A DNA stretch of 64,000 bases from assembly GCA_963783375.1 (NCBI GenBank), contig CAWANH010000028.1, forward strand, positions 1,792,001 to 1,856,000, in the 5' to 3' direction. The notes below the pieces were generated by a model. That model had not been told where the DNA came from. It made no database searches and saw nothing but the letters and a program-made list of their open reading frames with translations. This DNA is from Candidatus Eiseniibacteriota bacterium. Lineage in GTDB: Bacteria; Eisenbacteria; RBG-16-71-46; JABDJR01. Shown here piece by piece: positions 19,003 through 26,475 of the stretch. The position numbers and the translations under genes are program-made. How positions within the stretch are numbered: the first letter of the stretch is position 1; the number at the start of each line of letters is the position of its first letter.

Positions 19003-20603
19003 CCGGAAGGAAACCAGCGAGCGTGACGCGATCCACCCTCATCCTCATCGTGACGGCGGCGTTCTGGGGGGCGATCGTCCCGCCGGCCGGGGCCACCGAC
19101 ATCTCGGCCGGGGTGATGGCCGGGGACCCGAGCTACCGGGAGCTTCGGTTGGCCGCCGACCTGGGGCTTCTGGCCGGGCCTTACCCCGGGGGTCAACCGA
19201 TCTCCCGGGCCGAGGCCTTCCGGCTCCTCCGGCCCCTGGCCCTGGAGCTTCAGCAGGGGACGGCGGTGGACCCCACCCGGGGCGTCACCCCCGCCCTGGC
19301 GCGGCGCCTGGACCGGTTCCGTCTCGAGATCTGTCCGTGGGAGGACTTCTGGGAGAAGGGGGAGTACCCGGTCACGCTGTGGGCCTGGTTCCCCCGGCGG
19401 GTGGCCTTGAACGGGAGCGAGGTCGAGCGCGGCCGAATCGCCCCCGACTACCTGGGCTACGGCTACGACCACCGGCAGGGAGCCACCGCGGAGGTCGACA
19501 ACACGCTCTTCGTGGAAGGCGTCGGGTTCGCGGTCCAGGAGTACGGGCGTCTCCGCTTCGACGCCGGCGCCCTCAGCTACCGGCCGCTGGTGCTGAGCCT
19601 CCGGACGGGCTGGAAGAACTTCCGGGTGATCTACGGACGGGAGCCCTTGACCTGGGGCCCGGGGGTGCATGGAAACCTTCTCCTCACCACCAACGCGCGT
19701 CCCCTGGATCAGCTCCGGTTGGAGTCGGACTCCCCCTTCCCGCTCCCCGGCCCGCTCCGCGGGATCGGGCGCTTCACCGCCGCCGCCTTCATCTCCCACC
19801 TCGGCGACAACCGTCGCGTCGACGCCCCCGATCCCTGGCTCACCGGGGTGCGCTTCACCTGGTCCCCGGCCCGCTGGCTCCTCCTGGGAGCGAACCGCAC
19901 CGTGCTCCTGGGGGGAAAGGGCCACCCGTTCATCATCACCCCGCGTTCGTTCTGGGAAGTGCTCTGGGCGACCCACGAACACGGGGTGGGGGACTCCCGA
20001 AACGACGCCGATCAGATCGCCTCGGTGGACTGGAGCCTCTATCTGTGGCCGGTGCTCCGGCCGCTGCCCCTCCTGGACGGGGGGCGGATCTACGGGGAAT
20101 ACGGCGGCGAGGACAGCCGGCAAAAGGGGCCGTTTCCCGCGGTTCCCGGGCACACCTATGGGATCGAGCTGGTGGCCGGGGGGGGCGTGCTCGTTCGTGC
20201 CGAGGCCGCGGCGAATCTCGACGACAAGAACCTCTGGTACTGGCACACCGTCTACCGGGACGGCTATACCTACCGGGGACGGGTGATCGGCCACCCCATG
20301 GGAGGGGACAGCCGGGCCCAGTCCTACGATCTGGAGGTCCCGCTGGGCTCCTGGGGCCTCGCGGTGGCGTCGATGGAACGCCAGGAGCACGGCTTTCGGG
20401 CCCGCCCCGGAATTCCCCCCATCGACGCCGCCCCGCCCATTCCCCACGGCGTCCAGGACACCTTCAAGCTGGCGGTGGAGCACTACGTGGGCCCCTTCCC
20501 GGGAGGGATCCGCCTGGAGGGCCGGGTGCTCCGGGAGTGGGGGGCTCCCGGCCGCCTGGGATCCCTGGAGAAGTGGGGGGTGACCCTGTCATGGTGGCGG
20601 TGA
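18999..20603 (+). CDS. wzi: Capsule assembly Wzi family outer-membrane protein
   Basis: Signal peptide, GREPLTWGPG..GNLLLTTNARPLD, YGEYGGED, YTYRGRVIGH.MGGD, aromatic C-terminus. Confidence 0.85.
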   Translation: MTGRKPASVTRSTLILIVTAAFWGAIVPPAGATDISAGVMAGDPSYRELRLAADLGLLAGPYPGGQPISRAEAFRLLRPLALELQQGTAVDPTRGVTPALARRLDRFRLEICPWEDFWEKGEYPVTLWAWFPRRVALNGSEVERGRIAPDYLGYGYDHRQGATAEVDNTLFVEGVGFAVQEYGRLRFDAGALSYRPLVLSLRTGWKNFRVIYGREPLTWGPGVHGNLLLTTNARPLDQLRLESDSPFPLPGPLRGIGRFTAAAFISHLGDNRRVDAPDPWLTGVRFTWSPARWLLLGANRTVLLGGKGHPFIITPRSFWEVLWATHEHGVGDSRNDADQIASVDWSLYLWPVLRPLPLLDGGRIYGEYGGEDSRQKGPFPAVPGHTYGIELVAGGGVLVRAEAAANLDDKNLWYWHTVYRDGYTYRGRVIGHPMGGDSRAQSYDLEVPLGSWGLAVASMERQEHGFRARPGIPPIDAAPPIPHGVQDTFKLAVEHYVGPFPGGIRLEGRVLREWGAPGRLGSLEKWGVTLSWWR

Positions 20604-20658
20604 TCCCGGCCGCCGGCGCCCCCGCGGACCCGCCGGTCGCCGGCGGGGAGGGTCGCCG

Positions 20659-20835
20659 GTGAAGGAGTGCCCCAACTGCGCGGTGGACGTCCCCGACGCG
20701 GCCTCGGTCTGCCCCATCTGCCGCTACGAGTTTCCCCGCCGTGGCGCCCTCCCCTGGAAGCCGGTGGCGGCGGTGGTGCTGGTCGCCTTCCTGCTTCCGG
20801 TGGTCTGGCTTCTGCTCCGGCTCCTGGCCCGCTGA
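20659..20835 (+). CDS. Small zinc-ribbon membrane protein (58 aa, absent from the ORF track)
   Basis: GTG start after GGGGAG; MKECPNCAVDVPDAASVCPICRYEFPRRGALPWKPVAAVVLVAFLLPVVWLLLRLLAR. Confidence 0.75.
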   Translation: MKECPNCAVDVPDAASVCPICRYEFPRRGALPWKPVAAVVLVAFLLPVVWLLLRLLAR

Positions 20836-20897
20836 TCCGGGGCCCCTCCCGCTTTCCCGACCGAACCGTTCTCTTTAGTGAAATTGTTCTATGTTGT

Positions 20898-20944
20898 TGT
20901 TTCGGAGTGGAACGACTTGTTAAATGTTGAACCGGAATGCAACA
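20898..20944. promoter_or_regulatory. Candidate paired enhancer-binding-protein sites upstream of the regulator
   Basis: TGTTTC-GGAGT-GGAACG (20898) and TGAACC-GGAAT-GCAACA (20928), 30 bp apart in an AT-rich gap. Confidence 0.35.
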
Positions 20945-21014
20945 GCCGCGGGGCGTCGCCCGGTTCCTGTTCCGGCCAAGTGGGGAACCGGGGCGCCTGC
21001 GGCCGGAGACCGAT

Positions 21015-22745
21015 ATGGCCAGCATGCCCTTGGACGCCGGCCGCGACTTCCGCGGCGGGCCCGGCTTCGATCATCTGCTCCAGAACATCAACGAAGCCCT
21101 CTTCGTGGTGGACGCCGATTGCCGGATCACCGCGTTCAACCGCGCCGCCGAGGAGCTGACCGGCTACCAGGCCGCCGAGGTCATGGGCCGCCCCTGCACC
21201 GAAGTGTTTCGCAGCGACGCCTGCGAGGGCCGGTGCGCGGTGAAGGAGTCCCTCTTCCAGGGGAAGCGGATTCCCTACCGCAAGGTTCTCATGCGCCGCC
21301 GGGACGGCCGGATGGTTCCGATCTCGGTCTCCACATCCCCGCTTCACGATGATTCCGGTCGCTTGATGGGCGCGGTGGAGACGATCCGGAACATGAGCGA
21401 GGTGGAGCGGCTGAACGAGGTCCTGGCCCGGGAGACCGCCCAGAAGATGGCCATCCTGGACAGCCTGGCCGAGGGAGTGATCACCATCGACCAGGAATGG
21501 AAGGTGACCTCCATGAACGCGGCGGCGGAGCGGCTCCTGGGGTGTCGATCCGCGGAGGTGATCGGCCGATCCTGCTCCAACGTCCTTCGCACGGACCGCT
21601 GCAACGACGGCTGCCCGGTGGCCCGCACCCTGGAGGCCGAGGACCCGGCCCGGGATGAGCTGGTGCACCTGACCGGAGCCGACGGGCGGCCGGTGGAGGT
21701 GTCGCTGAACGTGGCCGTCCTCCGCGGCACCGACGGCGAGGCCCTGGGGGGCGTGCTTTCCTTCCGGGAGTTCACCGAGGTGGACCGTCTTCGGGCGGAG
21801 TTGGCCGGCGAGCATCATTTCCACGGGGTGATCGGCAAGTCGCCGGCCATGCGCGCGGTGTTCCGGATGATCGAGGACGTGGCGCCCAGCCATTCCACCG
21901 TGCTCATCACCGGCGAGTCGGGGACGGGGAAGGAGATGGTGGCCAACGCCATCCAGCAGTGCGGAGCCCGCCGCGGGGCTCCCTACGTCAAGGTCAACTG
22001 CGCGGTGTTCTCGGACGGGGTGCTGGAGAGCGAGCTCTTCGGCCACGTGCGGGGCGCCTTCACCGACGCGGTGCACGACCGCCGCGGTCGTTTCGAGCTG
22101 GCCCACACCGGCACGCTGTTCCTGGACGAGATCGGCGACGTGAGCCCCCGGATCCAGGTGAAGCTGCTCCGGGTCCTCCAGGAACGGTGTTTCGAACGGG
22201 TGGGGGGGGAAGAGCCGGTCGAGGTGGACGTCAGGATCATCGCGGCCACCCACCGCGACCTCGGGGAGATGGTGCGGAAAGGCGCCTTCCGCGAGGACCT
22301 CTTCTACCGGTTGAACGTCATCCCGGTGGTCCTGCCCCCGCTTCGCCAGCGCCGCGAGGACATCCCGCTCCTCGTCGATCACTTCCTCCGCAAGTACCAG
22401 CTCGTGACCGGAAAACGGGTGGAGCGCATTCACGATCGGGCCATGGATGTCCTGGCCTCCCACCTGTGGCCCGGGAACGTACGTCAGCTCGAGAACGCGA
22501 TCGAGTACGCCTTCGCCCGGGCCCGGGGAAACGTGCTCACTCTCGACCTCCTTCCTCCCGAGGTGCGCTCGCCGGCCTCGGCCCGCGCCGACAGCGCCGC
22601 CTCGGAACCGAGCGAGATCGTGGAGATCCGCCGCGCCCTGGAGCGCCACCACTGGCACCACGGGCGGGCGGCCAAGGATCTGGGCATCTCCCGCACCACC
22701 CTCTGGCGGAAGATGCGAAAGCTGGGGCTCGATCCCCAGGGATGA
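21015..22745 (+). CDS. Sigma-54-dependent transcriptional activator, 2 PAS + AAA+ + HTH
   Basis: GESGTGKE, ESELFGH.RGAFTDA, LFLDEIGD, WPGNVRQLEN, AAKDLGISRTTLWRKM; two PAS repeats. Confidence 0.95.
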   Translation: MASMPLDAGRDFRGGPGFDHLLQNINEALFVVDADCRITAFNRAAEELTGYQAAEVMGRPCTEVFRSDACEGRCAVKESLFQGKRIPYRKVLMRRRDGRMVPISVSTSPLHDDSGRLMGAVETIRNMSEVERLNEVLARETAQKMAILDSLAEGVITIDQEWKVTSMNAAAERLLGCRSAEVIGRSCSNVLRTDRCNDGCPVARTLEAEDPARDELVHLTGADGRPVEVSLNVAVLRGTDGEALGGVLSFREFTEVDRLRAELAGEHHFHGVIGKSPAMRAVFRMIEDVAPSHSTVLITGESGTGKEMVANAIQQCGARRGAPYVKVNCAVFSDGVLESELFGHVRGAFTDAVHDRRGRFELAHTGTLFLDEIGDVSPRIQVKLLRVLQERCFERVGGEEPVEVDVRIIAATHRDLGEMVRKGAFREDLFYRLNVIPVVLPPLRQRREDIPLLVDHFLRKYQLVTGKRVERIHDRAMDVLASHLWPGNVRQLENAIEYAFARARGNVLTLDLLPPEVRSPASARADSAASEPSEIVEIRRALERHHWHHGRAAKDLGISRTTLWRKMRKLGLDPQG

Positions 22746-22776
22746 TCTCCCGCCCGGCGGTTGTTTCGCCGCCGGT

Positions 22777-22789
22777 GTTTCATTGAAAC
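22777..22789. promoter_or_regulatory. Palindrome, candidate UAS
   Basis: GTTTCA-T-TGAAAC; further half-sites TGTTTC (22762) and TGAAACA (22898). Confidence 0.4.
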
Positions 22790-22934
22790 CTTCGGTTGCA
22801 CGCCGAGGACTCGGCGCCGGACTTCCCCCCCAAATCATTGACCGGAAGAGCGATGGGCGGTTCCCGATCCCCTCGGATCCTCCACGATCCCCATCCCTGA
22901 AACAACCTGGTGCGACACGGTAGGGTTGGCCAAT

Positions 22935-22947
22935 TTTCAAGTCATTG
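22935..22947 (+). promoter_or_regulatory. IHF-like binding site
   Basis: TTTCAAGTCATTG, one mismatch to WATCAANNNNTTR, just upstream of the -24 box. Confidence 0.5.
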
Positions 22948-22967
22948 TCCTGTAAATAGTTAACTTA

Positions 22968-22983
22968 TGGCACGGTCGATGCT
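22968..22983 (+). promoter_or_regulatory. Sigma-54 (-24/-12) promoter
   Basis: TGGCAC-GGTCG-ATGCT with exact GG-N10-GC spacing. Confidence 0.8.
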
Positions 22984-23045
22984 TTTCAGGTCCTGCGATG
23001 GGAACGCACGCCGTCCCCCCCGAGGGTGACCAGGGAGAGTCCGCG

Positions 23046-23498
23046 ATGTCCGAGATGCTGGCCAACCGCCACTTCGCCTCCGGCCACTACGAAGAGGCCC
23101 GCAAAGGCTTCGAGGCCGTGCTCCGGCGGCGTCCCGGGAACGTGACGGCCAGGAAGAAGCTCACCGTGTGCTACGTGCAGACCGGCCGTCTGCGGGAGGC
23201 GGTGGACCTGGTTCTCGGGCTCATGGAGGAGAACCCGGAGGCGCTCCGCAGCGCCGATGCCGGGTCGGAGGGCTTTCCCTGCCGGGCGGCGCTGGACGCG
23301 TTCGCCGAACGGGGCCGGTCGCTCGATCCCGGGGACTACCACGCGGGGCTCGGCGTGCTCCAGCTCTACTGCAACGCGGAGGCGGCTCTCGGGGAACTCG
23401 ACCGGGCGGCCGAGGAAGACCCGTCGAGAATGGAGATCCGGGCGCTCTTGGCGGTGGTCCGGAGACACCTGGAGGCGAAACATGTGGGTTGGGCTTAG
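23046..23498 (+). CDS. Tetratricopeptide-repeat-like protein
   Basis: LANRHFASGHYEEARKGFEAVLRRRPGNVTARKKL..CYVQTGRLREA TPR pattern; GGGAGAG RBS. Confidence 0.8.
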   Translation: MSEMLANRHFASGHYEEARKGFEAVLRRRPGNVTARKKLTVCYVQTGRLREAVDLVLGLMEENPEALRSADAGSEGFPCRAALDAFAERGRSLDPGDYHAGLGVLQLYCNAEAALGELDRAAEEDPSRMEIRALLAVVRRHLEAKHVGWA

Positions 23499-23693
23499 AG
23501 CCGGATGGCTCCTTCTGGCCACCGCCGCTCCCGGGGCGATCCCGACCGTGGGCGGCGCCGACCAACAGCTATCCGGTGGTGCAATAGAGAAGCCGGGTCG
23601 TTCACGGGGCCGCTGGTGAACGACGCGGCTGCAGACAGGGTGCGGCAGCCATAGCCGGAAGCTGCCGCCGCACCCGACCGGCGAATGCCGGGG

Positions 23694-23727
23694 GGAGGGG
23701 TCCGCGAGAGCGGGCCCCTCCGTTTTG
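23694..23727 (+). terminator. Intrinsic terminator
   Basis: GGAGGGGTCCGC-GAGA-GCGGGCCCCTCC followed by GTTTTG. Confidence 0.7.
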
Positions 23728-23835
23728 TCCGCGAGGCGGCCCGGCCCGCGGGGGGAGCGTGCAGGCGGGGGCCCGGGCCCTCCCTTCGCCTCCGGGCTTT
23801 CCTCCGGGAGAGCCCATGGGCTAGTGTCCGGTCCC

Positions 23836-25806
23836 ATGTCACCCCCCAACCCACCCGTGTTCTCCACCCCCCGGACCCGCGGGCGCGACCCGGCCCTGGT
23901 CATCATCCTGATCGCGGCGGCGATCATGGCGGTTCTGGCCGGCCCGGTCCTCCAGCGTTTTCCCCACTCCGGAGACGAGTACGCCTACCTCTACCAGGCG
24001 CGCACCTTCCTGGCCGGCCGGGTGGTGAACCCTCCCGCGCCGGATCCGGCGGCCCTCGCCCAGGTCCACATCGTCTCCACCGCCGACGCCATGTACTCCA
24101 AGTATCCGCCGGGGTGGCCGGCGGTGCTGGCGGTGGGGGCGGCCGTCCACCTCGCCTTCCTGGTGAACCCGATCCTGGTCGCCCTCACCCTCTGGATCGC
24201 CTACCGCCTGGCCCGGCGCCGGGCGGGGGAGACCGCGGCCCGGGTCATGCTCGTGCTCCTGGCCGGGGGCGCGTTCGTACTCCTGAACGGAGCCGCGTTC
24301 TATTCCCATCCCCTGGTGGGGCTCTCCCTGGTTCTGGCCCTGGACGCCCTGGACCGCTACGCGCGGCGTCCACGGGCGGCGTATGCACTCCTCGGCGGAG
24401 GGTGGCTGGGGGCGATTCTCCTCGCCCGCCCCCAGGACGCGGTCCTGGTCGGGATCGGGCTCGCCGTGATGGCCGCGCCCCTCCTGGGAAGAGCGGCCGC
24501 TTCCCGCCGGGCGGTCCATCTGGCTGCGGCGCTGGCGCTCCCCCTGGCCGCCGCCGGGATCTACCTCCTCTACAACCGAGCCACCACCGGCCACCCGTTC
24601 CTTCTCGGCCACGTGGTCTATGATCCCGCCGACCACCCGGCCTTCGATCTCCCGGAGATGGTGGCGGCCTCCGTGAACAGGCTCCAGGATTATCTCATCC
24701 TGGGGACGGCCGGGCTGGCCGCGCTGCTCCTCCTCCGCCGGCCCCCCCGGCGCCCGCCCGACCGGCTCCCGGGACGGCTCCTGGGCGGCCTGGCGCTCCT
24801 GGCCGCGCTCTTCTGGATCGGCTACGCGCTCTATCCCCGGCTGAACGGCCCCCCGCGGTTCGGCCCGCGCTACGTCTACCCCGCCCACCTCGTGCTGGTG
24901 TTCCTGGCCGCGGTGGGCCTCACCCGGGCGCTCCGCCGGCGCTACCTCTGGACGGTGGTGGGGGCGGCGGCGGCTCTCGGGCTGGTCCAGACCGCGGTGG
25001 TCGCGCATTCCGCGGCCAAGACCATACGGGCGGCGCGGGGCCCCGAGCGCGCGGCGGCGGCTCTGGCCCGGGCCATCGCCCCCCACCGGACGCTGGTGCT
25101 CCTCGAGGGACCGGCCGGCTCGGCGCCGGCCTTCGACCTGGACCGGAACGACCTGGACTACGAAGCCCCCGTTCTCTTCGCGCGGCGGCCGACCGCGGCT
25201 CCCGCCCTGGCGGACCGGGCCCGCTACCTCTGGGACGGGGCCGGTGGCATCGGCGTGCTCACCGCCCGGGACCCCGAAGCCGCGGTGCGGGCGGTGGCGA
25301 TCACCGATCCCCCCACGGTGATCCGGCGGGGGGGCGGGCCGGGGTGGCTGGTGACCTCGGGGTCCGACGCCTGTGCGCGTTTCTTCTACGCGTTCCCGGG
25401 TTCGCGCCCGGTGGACTGGGCGTTCTGGGGCCCCTGCGCGGGGAGCGAGGCCTCGGTGGGGCGGCCACCGGGGCCGGGGGAGCGATGGCCCCTGGCCGCG
25501 CGAAGGAGCGTTTACGCGCACTATCGTGGGTTCTTCCACGTCGATGAACCGGGAACCTACACCTTTACCGTCCGGGTGGGGGGACATGCCGCGGTGCGGG
25601 TGGACGGCCGGCTCCTGGGGGAGTGGGATGGGGAGCGCGCACCGGTGTCCTCGCCCGACCTCGGGGTCCGGCTCGACCCCGGCTGGCACGCGGTGGTCCT
25701 CTCGACCTGGCACCGGGGCGCGCCGGGGCTCCTGGAGTGGACGGCGCGGGGTCCGGGCGGGGCGCCGCTCGCCCCGGAGCGGTTCTTTCCCTCGCCGGGG
25801 GAGTGA
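23836..25806 (+). CDS. GT-C (ArnT/PMT-like) membrane glycosyltransferase with C-terminal PA14-like domain
   Basis: GDEYAYLYQA, SKYPPGWP, GPRY and multiple TM helices; C-terminal YRGFFHVDEPGTYTFTV...VRVDGRL...LDPGWHAV. Confidence 0.72.
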   Translation: MSPPNPPVFSTPRTRGRDPALVIILIAAAIMAVLAGPVLQRFPHSGDEYAYLYQARTFLAGRVVNPPAPDPAALAQVHIVSTADAMYSKYPPGWPAVLAVGAAVHLAFLVNPILVALTLWIAYRLARRRAGETAARVMLVLLAGGAFVLLNGAAFYSHPLVGLSLVLALDALDRYARRPRAAYALLGGGWLGAILLARPQDAVLVGIGLAVMAAPLLGRAAASRRAVHLAAALALPLAAAGIYLLYNRATTGHPFLLGHVVYDPADHPAFDLPEMVAASVNRLQDYLILGTAGLAALLLLRRPPRRPPDRLPGRLLGGLALLAALFWIGYALYPRLNGPPRFGPRYVYPAHLVLVFLAAVGLTRALRRRYLWTVVGAAAALGLVQTAVVAHSAAKTIRAARGPERAAAALARAIAPHRTLVLLEGPAGSAPAFDLDRNDLDYEAPVLFARRPTAAPALADRARYLWDGAGGIGVLTARDPEAAVRAVAITDPPTVIRRGGGPGWLVTSGSDACARFFYAFPGSRPVDWAFWGPCAGSEASVGRPPGPGERWPLAARRSVYAHYRGFFHVDEPGTYTFTVRVGGHAAVRVDGRLLGEWDGERAPVSSPDLGVRLDPGWHAVVLSTWHRGAPGLLEWTARGPGGAPLAPERFFPSPGE

Positions 25807-25878
25807 ACGCGGGGCGAGGGGGGGCGATCACGCCGGGAGACCGGCGGCCCGGAGATCCGAAGCGCGGCGGTGGGGCGG

Positions 25879-26475
25879 TTAGGCCGGCTGGCGCGTCGCG
25901 TCCAGGACGGTCTGGCGGCCCTTCCCGAAGCCCCGGATGTTGAGTTCGAGGTACTTGGCGGGAATGCGCTTCTCGATGCTCGAGATGAGCACGTCCTCGT
26001 CCAGGTCCAGCTCCACCGAGAGCGCCCCCAGCATGATCGCGTTCACCACCTTGAGGTTTCCCAGGTCCTCGGCGATCCGGTGGGCGGGGACCATGACCAC
26101 CCGCCCCGCGCGCTGCTTGAGGATCCCCTCGATCTCCTCGGGATAGGGGCTCTTGCTCCATACCAGCATGCTGGGGTCGATCCGCTGGTCGTTCACCAGG
26201 GCGGTTCCCCCCGGGCGGAGGTAGTCGCGGTAGCGGAGGGCTTCCAACCGCTCCATGCTCAGGAGCAGGTCGGCCTCGCCGCGGCGGATCAGGGGGGAGT
26301 AGACCTCTTCCCCGAAGCGAACCTGACAGGTGACGCTCCCGCCCCGCTGGGCCATCCCGTGGACCTCGCTCTTCCGCACGCTGTGCCCCATGAGCATGGC
26401 CGCCTCGGCGACCACGTCCCCGGCCAGGATGATGCCCTGGCCCCCGACCCCGGCCATGAAGACGTTGGTGATCAT
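25879..26475 (-). CDS. iorB: Indolepyruvate oxidoreductase subunit beta
   Basis: AGVGGQGII, SEVHGMAQRGGSV, GEADLL, NAIMLGAL. Confidence 0.93.
   Translation of the reverse strand: MITNVFMAGVGGQGIILAGDVVAEAAMLMGHSVRKSEVHGMAQRGGSVTCQVRFGEEVYSPLIRRGEADLLLSMERLEALRYRDYLRPGGTALVNDQRIDPSMLVWSKSPYPEEIEGILKQRAGRVVMVPAHRIAEDLGNLKVVNAIMLGALSVELDLDEDVLISSIEKRIPAKYLELNIRGFGKGRQTVLDATRQPA

Noticed and set aside
23617-23675. UGA followed by a hairpin (selenocysteine readthrough into the GT-C frame)
   Set aside because: No redox motif around the UGA, the readthrough product is low-complexity, and it would cross a terminator
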